Source: Gemmata obscuriglobus (GTDB lineage: Bacteria; Planctomycetota; Planctomycetia; Gemmatales; Gemmataceae). Taken from it: 32,000 nt of DNA. Both the position numbers and the translations under genes were made by a program. Below, piece by piece: positions 15,693-22,784 of the stretch (positions are counted from its first letter, which is position 1; each line of letters begins with the position of its first letter). Where the stretch lies: NCBI RefSeq assembly GCF_008065095.1, contig NZ_CP042911.1, positions 240,001 through 272,000 on the forward strand, read 5' to 3'. Under the pieces are notes generated by a model. It saw nothing but the letters and a program-made list of their open reading frames with translations. It searched no databases and had not been told where the DNA came from.

Positions 15693-16397
15693 CATGATGT
15701 TACGCTGTCCGAATCAGGTGCTGCCAGGATCGCCCCGGACACTCGTGTGGTCCGAATCTGCCGATTGTGCAGGCGATTCGTGGGTAGCGACTCGCCTGCG
15801 AATGGGTAGCGAATAGCCAGTTCTCCACCCGCAACTGTCCTGTCGGCGCCCAGTCGGCGTCCCGTCGTCCACGCTGTGACCCTCGTTACACCCGCCCCGA
15901 CCCCAGCCTGACACCGCGCCAGTGCGTGAGCACCTCACGTCTCATGTCCGGTACCGCTGTGCCCCGGAAGCGCCGAAACGCTCGGCGGTCCGCGCGCGTC
16001 CCCACAATACCGATGGCACGGTCGGGTGTCGGGAGCGCAGCGCCTCTGAGCGAAAGACGACGGCGAGTAAGGTCCCGTAAATTCACCTGCCGCTGCGTGT
16101 GTCGGCGAGTCGTTTTCATCCGTGGTTCGAGGCGCGTCCGAAGCACTTCTACTCCTCTCACCCAGCCACACCGCCGGGCAGCATCGCTGAGTGAATTGAG
16201 TAACGCAGAGATGTCAATTGAGGCAGAGGAAAGGTTCCTCACCCGGCAACGGCGCTTGCCGGCGCTCGCGCGGGCGGGTAACCTTCCTTATCATGTGGAG
16301 GGCGGTTTAGCTCGCTGCTTTGCGGCAGGCCGATGTTGCGTCGGCCGAGCGTTTCGCTTCGCATCCGGCTCGGGGAAGGCTGTTCCAGCACCGCTTT

Positions 16398-16483
16398 CGC
16401 CCCCCCGGGGTCCCTGGGGGAAAATTGCTGGAGCAAACCCGCGAGTCGTGTTTTAATTCTCCCCCAGGGACCCCGGGGGGGCG
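16398..16483. repeat. Inverted repeat forming a ~24-bp GC-rich stem with a 38-nt loop
   Basis: 16400-16421 (CCCCCCCGGGGTCCCTGGGGGA) is the exact reverse complement of 16460-16481. Two further flanking pairs extend the stem. Confidence 0.85.
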
Positions 16484-16543
16484 GCGGTGCCGTGAGCCTT
16501 CCACGACACAGGTCGAGAAGTAGACCGCGCTCCACACAACACG

Positions 16544-16571
16544 GAACGCCCCGGCTCGCGTCGGGGCGTTC
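16544..16571. repeat. 10-bp perfect hairpin GAACGCCCCG-N8-CGGGGCGTTC
   Basis: Read directly from the sequence. It is followed by tgcatttcg (weak T tract). It is not adjacent to any CDS end. Confidence 0.6.
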
Positions 16572-16802
16572 TGCATTTCGCACCCGGCCGTGGTGAATCG
16601 GTGCCCGCGGCGGTGAAAAGTTCGCCATCTTGCGCCGGGAAACTCACCCGCCCCGCTCGCACAGTCGATAATACCTGCGCCCGCGGCCCGAATCGGATCA
16701 TCTTCACACGCCCCGCGCTCCGATCATCTCCGTACTCCGGTTCGCTTACCGTCGCCCATCCATCGGGTGCGGCCGGGGCGTTCTTCGGGCAGAGGGGGCG
16801 TT

Positions 16803-18443
16803 ATGAGCCGCGCGTGTCGGGTCTGGGTCCGGGTCGGTGTGGGCGCGCTGCTCACCGCGCTGCTCACCGCGCTGCTCACCGCGCTGGTCGCCAACGCACA
16901 GCCCCCTGAGGGGAAGAAGGACGCTCCCGCCAAGAAGGCGCCGGAGCCGGTGTCCGCCCCCGAACCGCCGCCGGGCACCATCCTCCGGCCGGGCGAGTAC
17001 CCGATCGACCTTGCCACCGCGCTCAAGCTCGCCGGCGCCGAGAACCCCGAACTGCTGCTCGCCCGCCAGCGTGTTACTGAGGCCGTGGCGGGCCGACAAC
17101 TCGCCGCCGCCCAGGCGCTCCCGAACCTCAACGTCGGCACCAACTTCGCCTCGCACCGCGGGGTGCTCCAGCAGTCCAGCGGCAACGTCCTCAAGGTGGA
17201 CCGTGACTCGCTGTACGTGGGCCTTGGGGCCGGCACGGTCGGCGCGGGCACGGTGAGCATCCCCGGGCTGAACTACAACCTCAACATCGGCGCCGGCTGG
17301 TACGGGCTGCTCACCGCCCGGCAGCGCGTCACCACCGCTGCCGCCGCCGCGGACGCGGTTCGCAACGACGTGCTGCTGCGGACGTACCTCGCATACCTGG
17401 ACCTGCTGCGCGCCGACGGGCGCCGGGCCATCGCGGCCAGGAACCGCGACGAGGGCGCCGAACTGGCGCGGCTCACCGCCGCCTACGCCCGAGCCGGGCA
17501 GGGCCGCAAGGCCGACGCCGACCGCGCCGCCGTCGAGCTGCGCCGCCGCGACGCCGACCTGACCCAGTCCGAGGCCGACACACTCGCCGCGTCCGCCCGG
17601 CTGTGCCAGTTGCTCAACCTCGACCCGTCCACCCGGCTGAAGCCGATCGACGGGTGGGTGGTGCCGGCCCCACTGGTCCCGGACCCGACCCCCCTGCCTG
17701 ACCTGCTCGCGGTCGCGATGATGCAGCGGCCGGAGCTGACGGCGCGGCGGTCCGAGGTGCGCGAGACGCTGTACCAGTTGTCGCTGGCGAAGGTGCTGCC
17801 GTTCTCGCCGAACGTGATCCTGGGGTTCAGCGCCGGCGGGTTCGGCGGCGGCAGCGACCTCGTCAACACGCCCCCCGGGATTGTGCTGCCGAGCGGCGAC
17901 CGCGGCACCGCGTCGCGGTTCGGGAACCTCGACGGCCGCTCCGACTTCGACGCCGCGGTGTTCCTCACGTTCCGCAACCTGGGCGTCGGCAACGTGGCCC
18001 AGGTCCGCGCGGCGAACAGCCGGGTGAAGCAGTCGCAGTTGCGCGAGCTGGAGACGCTCAACCTGGTGCGGGCACAGGTGGCGGAGGGGCACGCCCGGAC
18101 GGCCGCGCGGTTCCTTCAGATCGACGCCGCCGAGAAGGCGGTGAAGTCCAGCTCCGACGCCTTTGACGAGGACCTGACCCGCATCAAGGCGGGGGCCGGG
18201 TTCCCGCTCGAAGTGATCGACAGCCTGCGGCTGTTGGGGCGCTCGCGGTTCGAGTACCTGGACGCGATCATCGACTACAACCGGGCGCAGGTTCAGCTCT
18301 GGGTGGCGGTGGGGCAGCCGCCGGCGGACGCCCTCGCCCGCCCGGTGCCGGCGGGCCTCGTGCCGCCGCCGGTGGTCGAGGTGCAGCCCGGCCCGCGCCC
18401 GTTCCCGGTGCCCCGGACGGTTCCGCTGCCGGCGAAGCCGTAA
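16803..18443 (+). CDS. TolC-family outer membrane efflux protein (copy 1)
   Basis: In ORF 16767..18443 I set the start at the ATG at 16803, which follows AGGGGG. It has a signal peptide. Two-repeat TolC architecture is indicated by motifs such as LATALKLAGAENPELLLARQRV, …LDLLRA…, QGRKADADRAAVEL and LEVIDSLRLL…YNRAQVQLW. The C-terminal tail is proline-rich. Confidence 0.85.
   Translation: MSRACRVWVRVGVGALLTALLTALLTALVANAQPPEGKKDAPAKKAPEPVSAPEPPPGTILRPGEYPIDLATALKLAGAENPELLLARQRVTEAVAGRQLAAAQALPNLNVGTNFASHRGVLQQSSGNVLKVDRDSLYVGLGAGTVGAGTVSIPGLNYNLNIGAGWYGLLTARQRVTTAAAAADAVRNDVLLRTYLAYLDLLRADGRRAIAARNRDEGAELARLTAAYARAGQGRKADADRAAVELRRRDADLTQSEADTLAASARLCQLLNLDPSTRLKPIDGWVVPAPLVPDPTPLPDLLAVAMMQRPELTARRSEVRETLYQLSLAKVLPFSPNVILGFSAGGFGGGSDLVNTPPGIVLPSGDRGTASRFGNLDGRSDFDAAVFLTFRNLGVGNVAQVRAANSRVKQSQLRELETLNLVRAQVAEGHARTAARFLQIDAAEKAVKSSSDAFDEDLTRIKAGAGFPLEVIDSLRLLGRSRFEYLDAIIDYNRAQVQLWVAVGQPPADALARPVPAGLVPPPVVEVQPGPRPFPVPRTVPLPAKP
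16845..16886 (+). repeat. 12-bp tandem repeat (GCGCTGCTCACC x3.5) encoding ALLT-ALLT-ALLT in the TolC-1 signal peptide
   Basis: Perfect tandem copies read directly at 16845-16880, plus a partial fourth copy. Confidence 0.9.
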
Positions 18444-18496
18444 TGCGCCGAGCGGTCTCGCCCTTCAACCGGGTTCACGTGTCACGGAGTCTCGCG

Positions 18497-20071
18497 ATGC
18501 GCTGGGCGCACTGGGGAAAGCGACTCACGGCGGTCGGAATCGGCGCGGCGCTCGCGTCGGGCTGTCAGTCCGTGCGCACCCCGCCGGGGGCGGCTGCGGA
18601 GCCCCGGACACCGGAGCAACTGGGTATCGCACCGCCCTCTCTGCTCGCGCCTAAGGGCACGACGGCCGCCGCGCTTCGACCGGCAGCGGCAACGGGCACC
18701 GCAAGCGCCGCGGCTCCCGGGGGTGAGGTCGAACCGGCCTCTGCGTTCGCGACCGCGACCGGCGGCACGGTCGTCGGGCCGGTGCCCGAGAACGCGCTCG
18801 ACCTGGGAGTGGCGCTGCGGCTCGCGGGCGTCAACAACCCGACCATCAATCTCGCGCGTGAGGCGGTCAACGAGGCCCTGGCCGACCAGCTCGCGGCGCG
18901 GGCGCTGCTGCTGCCGAGCGCGAACGTCGGGGCCAACTACCGGTACCACCGCGGCGCGCTCCAGGCGGCCACCGGTTTCCAGCGCGACGTGAGCTTCGAG
19001 AGCCTGTACCTCGGCGCGGGCGCCGGGGTGACCGGCGCGGGCACCGCCGCGGCGCCGGGGGTGCGGCTGTTCGCGCACCTGGGCGACGCCGCCTACGAGC
19101 CGCTCGCCGCGCGCCAGCGCGTCACCGTGCGGCGGGCCACCGCCCACGCGGTCCAGAACGACACGCTGCTCGCGGTGGCGGTCGGGTACCTGGAGCTGGT
19201 CGGCGCCGAGGCCCGTCTCGATATCCTGCGGCAGGGCGAAACCGACCTGGCCGAGATCGCCCGGCTCACCGCCGCGTACGCGAAAGCGGGACAGGGGCGC
19301 AAGGCCGACGCCGACCGCGCCGCCGCCAACCTCGAACTGCTCCGCCGCGACTCGAAGCGGGCCGAGGAAGAAACCGCCACCGCGTCCGCGCGGCTGTGCC
19401 GGCTGCTGAGCCTGGACCCGTCGGTCCGGCTCCGCACCCCCGGCGCCCCGCCGCAGCCGATCCGGCTGGTGCCCGAGGACACCGACCCCGAGGGGCTGAT
19501 CGCGACCGCACTCCGGGCGCGCCCGGAGATCACGGCGCGGGCCGCGGCCGTGACCGAAGCGCGGGTCCGCACGCGGCAGGAGCGGGTCCGCCCGTGGGTG
19601 CCGACGCTGTCCGTGGGGTACAGCGCCGGCGGGTTCGGCGGCGGGCTCACCGGCGGCGGGTTCGGCGCGGTCCGGGGGCGGTCGGAGTTCGACGCGGTCG
19701 CGGTGTGGAGCGTGCAGGGCCTGGGGTTCGGGAACCGCGCGCTGGTCCGCGCGGCCGACGCCGGGATGGGGGCTGCGCTGGCCGGCTACGACCTGGCGGT
19801 GAACGCGGTCCGGCGCGAGGTAGGCGAGGCGCTCGCGGACGCCCGCGCCGCCGCGACCCAGATCCGCACCGCGGAGGCGGCGCTCGCGGTCGCGGAGGAG
19901 GGGTTCAAGCTCGAATCGGACCGCATCAAGCAGGTGCCGGGGCGCCCGCTGGAGCTGATCGACAGCTTCCGCCAGTTGCTCGAATCGCGCCAGGAACTGC
20001 TCCGGGCCACGGTCGCGTTCAACGCGGCCCAGTTCCGGCTGTGGGTCGCGATCGGAAACGCCCCGGAATGA
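18497..20071 (+). CDS. TolC-family outer membrane efflux lipoprotein (copy 2, paralogue of copy 1)
   Basis: The ORF is 18443..20071. The preferred start is the ATG at 18497, after ACGGAG, which gives MRWAHWGKRLTAVGIGAALASGC (lipobox). The alternative start at 18443 overlaps the upstream stop (TAATG). It shares blocks with copy 1: LRLAGVNNPTINLAREAV, AGQGRKADADRAAANLELLRRD, ARLCRLLSLDPS and LELIDSFRQL. Confidence 0.8.
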   Translation: MRWAHWGKRLTAVGIGAALASGCQSVRTPPGAAAEPRTPEQLGIAPPSLLAPKGTTAAALRPAAATGTASAAAPGGEVEPASAFATATGGTVVGPVPENALDLGVALRLAGVNNPTINLAREAVNEALADQLAARALLLPSANVGANYRYHRGALQAATGFQRDVSFESLYLGAGAGVTGAGTAAAPGVRLFAHLGDAAYEPLAARQRVTVRRATAHAVQNDTLLAVAVGYLELVGAEARLDILRQGETDLAEIARLTAAYAKAGQGRKADADRAAANLELLRRDSKRAEEETATASARLCRLLSLDPSVRLRTPGAPPQPIRLVPEDTDPEGLIATALRARPEITARAAAVTEARVRTRQERVRPWVPTLSVGYSAGGFGGGLTGGGFGAVRGRSEFDAVAVWSVQGLGFGNRALVRAADAGMGAALAGYDLAVNAVRREVGEALADARAAATQIRTAEAALAVAEEGFKLESDRIKQVPGRPLELIDSFRQLLESRQELLRATVAFNAAQFRLWVAIGNAPE

Positions 20072-20085
20072 AGCCAGGTTCGGGG

Positions 20086-20280
20086 TTACGATTTCGGTTG
20101 AGCCGGGCGCTGTGCTTCTTCGGCCGTGCGGTCTGAGGGTGCGTTTCCGAACGGGCAGTGCCGGCAACCGCTCTTGCAACAGTGGCCACGCTTCCGGTGG
20201 TACGCGGCGGTGAAGACCCACTTCCCGTTTTCGACGTAGTAGTCGATGCCCTCGACCGGCCGTGTGTTCGGAGCGTCCAT
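20086..20280 (-). CDS. DUF5522-like small cysteine-rich protein
   Basis: In ORF 20086..20346 I trimmed the start to the ATG at 20280. The motif YYVENGKWVFTAAYHRKRGHCCKSGCRHCPFG matches the DUF5522 pattern (…FT..YH..RG.CC..GCRHCP(Y/F)). Confidence 0.7.
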   Translation of the reverse strand: MDAPNTRPVEGIDYYVENGKWVFTAAYHRKRGHCCKSGCRHCPFGNAPSDRTAEEAQRPAQPKS

Positions 20281-20412
20281 CGCTTCTGTTGCCGTTGGTT
20301 TCAGCTCGGATAACCAGAACCGCGTGAGCGACGGAGCTGGGTGCATTCAAATGCGGCGGATCACACCCGCCGCTCTGCTGTTGTCACGCCCCTCGTCTCC
20401 GTAACGCGCTCC

Positions 20413-20859
20413 TCATTCTTTCTCGCCCGACACCTGCACGCCGAAGCCGTTGAGGTCGATGTCCTCGCCCTTCTCGGCCTCGCCCGGGCCGCCGCGGTCG
20501 ATCGACAACCGTATGTACGCCCAGAAGCTCGTTTTCTCGCCCTGCATGTCGTACCCGCTCGCGTCGGTGTCGGCTTCGAGCAGCCAGCGCCAGCCCCGGC
20601 GCTCGTCCTTGCCCGCGTCGGACGCCTCCTCCTGCCACCCCTTCAGCACCCGCGACAGGTTCTGCACCGCCGCCCGCCAGCCCTTCGCCTCCACGATGTG
20701 CAGGCGGATCTCGTCCCCCACCGTCTCGATTGACGAGTTGGGCAGGCTCTTGAGCGCGTCGAACAGCTTGTGCTCCAGCGCCGAGCACCGCCACGGGGAC
20801 CACAGGTAGAAGGTGACGCTCGGCGACTCCATCACCAGCCCGAACAGCTCGACCCGCAT
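20413..20859 (-). CDS. Hypothetical protein (Trp-rich, acidic C-terminus), no recognised family
   Basis: In ORF 20413..20901 I set the start at the ATG at 20859, which follows GGAGAGGGG. The composition is protein-like, unlike the overlapping plus-strand ORFs. It is divergent from the phosphoesterase gene. Confidence 0.5.
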   Translation of the reverse strand: MRVELFGLVMESPSVTFYLWSPWRCSALEHKLFDALKSLPNSSIETVGDEIRLHIVEAKGWRAAVQNLSRVLKGWQEEASDAGKDERRGWRWLLEADTDASGYDMQGEKTSFWAYIRLSIDRGGPGEAEKGEDIDLNGFGVQVSGEKE

Positions 20860-20933
20860 GGCCCCTCTCCGCGTACCCTCGTGTAACATTCCTAGATGCA
20901 ATCTAGTTCACTGCTCTTCTGCGGAGAAGGTGA

Positions 20934-21770
20934 GTGCAGCCGCAATTGCCCGCCCACATCGGTTACCCGGTTGTCGCAATCGGAGACCTCCACGGCCGCG
21001 TCGAGTGGCTCGACAAGCTCGTCGCGAAGCTGCGCCGGCGGCCCGAGTGGCCGCACGCGAAGCTCGTGTTCCTGGGCGACCTCGTGGACCGGCACTTCGA
21101 GGTTCGGGCGCTCGTGTCGCGTGTACTGGAACTGATCGCCGAAAAGCCCGGCAGCACGTGTGTGGCCGGTAACCACGATCTCGCCCTTGTTCGCGCGGCC
21201 GGGCTGGACGGCCCGCCGTCGGTCGAATGGGCGCAGCGGTACGGGCGGAACTACGACCACCAGTGGACGTTCCGCAGCTATCTCGGCCGCACGCCGGACT
21301 TTCTGCCGCCCGGGAAGTGGGAACAGGAGTTGCAAGAGCTGAAGGCCGCGATGCCCGCCGAGCACCGGGCGTTTCTGGCCGGGTTGCCGTGGGTGGCCGA
21401 GGCCGAAGGGCACGTGTTCCTCCATAACGGGCTGTCGCCGGAACTCGACTGCCCGGCGGCGGTGCAGCTCGAGTGCCTGCACCGCAAGCTGTGGGACCGG
21501 GCCGTCGTGAGCCCGCGGTTCGGCACCGAAACGGACCGACTGTTTCACCCCGAGTACCCGGTGTGGCTCGGGGCCGATAAGCGGCTGTCGGCGAACCCGC
21601 TGCCGCTGCCCGGAAAGGTGCAGGTGAGCGGCCACGTCCACGTTCCCGCACCGGACGCGAACGCGGTTCGCATCCGCATCGATACGAGCGGCGGGGTGAC
21701 CGAGCCGCTGACGGCGTGCGTGCTTACGGGGCCAAACGCTGAGCCGGTGTTCGTGTTCAGCAACGAGTGA
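20934..21770 (+). CDS. Calcineurin-like metallophosphoesterase (PPP family Ser/Thr phosphatase / ApaH-like)
   Basis: The GTG at 20934 follows GGAGAAGG. Motifs appear in canonical order: GDLHG, GDLVDR, GNHD, HNG, GHVH. Confidence 0.85.
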   Translation: MQPQLPAHIGYPVVAIGDLHGRVEWLDKLVAKLRRRPEWPHAKLVFLGDLVDRHFEVRALVSRVLELIAEKPGSTCVAGNHDLALVRAAGLDGPPSVEWAQRYGRNYDHQWTFRSYLGRTPDFLPPGKWEQELQELKAAMPAEHRAFLAGLPWVAEAEGHVFLHNGLSPELDCPAAVQLECLHRKLWDRAVVSPRFGTETDRLFHPEYPVWLGADKRLSANPLPLPGKVQVSGHVHVPAPDANAVRIRIDTSGGVTEPLTACVLTGPNAEPVFVFSNE

Positions 21771-21946
21771 GGGCGGCCCGAACGAGGACCGCCCTGCGCA
21801 GCCCAGGGGCCGCGCTCACAAGAGGTTACAGCGCGTCGCACGCGCCCGGTTCGTGGGTGGTGGCGTACCAGCCGGCGGGCGGCGAGGAGTAGCGGATCGG
21901 GGGCCGTTGTTCGGTTGGTCACCCAACTCGCGTGGCCCTGTAACCC

Positions 21947-21986
21947 CCGTTACAGACCGTGCGGACGACCGCCCGGTCTGTAACGG
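21947..21986 (-). terminator. 13-bp perfect hairpin immediately 3' of the stress-protein gene stop
   Basis: The sequence is CCGTTACAGACCG-N14-CGGTCTGTAACGG. The stop codon of the minus-strand gene is at 21990-21992. There is no clear U tract. Confidence 0.4.
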
Positions 21987-21989
21987 CGC

Positions 21990-22508
21990 TTAGATCATCG
22001 GCGCGGACGCGCGGTCGTACCCGCCGGAGCGGCTCAGCAGGTTCCGGGCATCGTCGCCCTGGCCGCATTCGACCGTCACCAAGTACCGGCCGGACTGCAC
22101 CGCGTCTTCGTAGTAGCGGGCGTCCTCTTCCGGAATGCCCCAGCCGATGAGCGCGCCGGCGATGCTCGCGGCGGCCGCCCCGCCCGCCGCGCTAATAAGG
22201 GCCGCGGCCAGGGGTCCGACGGCCAGGACCGGGCCGATCACCGGAATCATGCCGAACGAAACCGCCAGCGAGCCCAGCGCGAGCGCTCCGCCACCGGCCA
22301 CCGCGCCGATCGCCGCGCCCTCGGCGGCGTTCGTGTCCTGGGCGCCGGAGCCGTCGCGCCGCACCGTTTTGCCGTTCGCGTCCTTGGCGACCAGGCCGAT
22401 CTGGTCGTCGCGATAGCCCGCGTTCTTGAGTTCGTCGATCGCGCGCTCGGCGGCATCACGGGTGGAGAAGACGCCGACGGTCGTGTTGCAGGTGGCGGCC
22501 TTAGCCAT
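21990..22508 (-). CDS. General stress protein, YflT-type domain with a central glycine-zipper membrane segment
   Basis: In ORF 21990..22598 I trimmed the start to the ATG at 22508, which follows GAGGA. N-terminal motif: VGVFSTRDAAERAIDELKNAGYRDDQIGLV. Central region: Gly/Ala-rich and hydrophobic. C-terminal motif: IPEEDARYYEDAVQSGRYLVTV. Confidence 0.75.
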   Translation of the reverse strand: MAKAATCNTTVGVFSTRDAAERAIDELKNAGYRDDQIGLVAKDANGKTVRRDGSGAQDTNAAEGAAIGAVAGGGALALGSLAVSFGMIPVIGPVLAVGPLAAALISAAGGAAAASIAGALIGWGIPEEDARYYEDAVQSGRYLVTVECGQGDDARNLLSRSGGYDRASAPMI

Positions 22509-22628
22509 GATTGTCCTCGCATGTAAAGGAGAGTTCCGGCCCGGTGGACCGGTACTCGGCTGATTACAGCACGGCTCGTGCCGGGGGGCGGCGCACACGG
22601 TTGCTATTCGCTACATCCCCTCACATCA

Positions 22629-22733
22629 ATTCCAGTCGTTTCCAGTTCCAGGTTCCACGTAAAGCCAAACGGCACACGAATGGTCCTGAGCAGGTGCCGA
22701 GTCGGCGCCCACTTGAAACGTGAAACGACTCAG
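22629..22733 (+). repeat. Intergenic structured repeat, copy A (diverged copy of the element at 26381..26498)
   Basis: Blocks shared with copy B in the same order and orientation: ATTCC(C)AGTCGTTTC, GTTCCnGGTTCCnCG, AAGCCnAnCGGCnCnCGAATGGT, CCGAGTCGGnnCCCACTTGnAAC and GAAACGAC/GGAACGAC. The ends AGTCGTTTC and GAAACGACT are inverted. Confidence 0.6.
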
Positions 22734-22746
22734 TCGCGACCCAGCA

Positions 22747-22784
22747 CCCGTTCGCCCCGCCCCCGCGGGCGCGGGGCGAACGGG
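22747..22784. repeat. 14-bp perfect hairpin CCCGTTCGCCCCGC-N10-GCGGGGCGAACGGG
   Basis: Read directly from the sequence. It lies 13 nt after repeat copy A. Confidence 0.7.

Noticed and set aside
15886-16456. ORFs 15886..16242 (minus strand, 118 aa) and 15926..16456 (plus strand, 176 aa) in the 1.3-kb gap
   Set aside because: Both are extremely Arg-rich with no hydrophobic core pattern, no SD-like sequence at the starts and no recognisable motif. I treat them as non-coding.
16746-20350. 448-aa and 622-aa minus-strand ORFs over the two TolC genes
   Set aside because: They are antisense to well-supported TolC-like frames. Their composition is Arg/Gly/Pro-dominated.
21573-21580. GCCGATAA, matching the sigma-28 (FliA) -10 consensus
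   Set aside because: It lies inside the phosphoesterase coding sequence, with no TAAA-type -35 at ~15 bp upstream and no downstream gene start.
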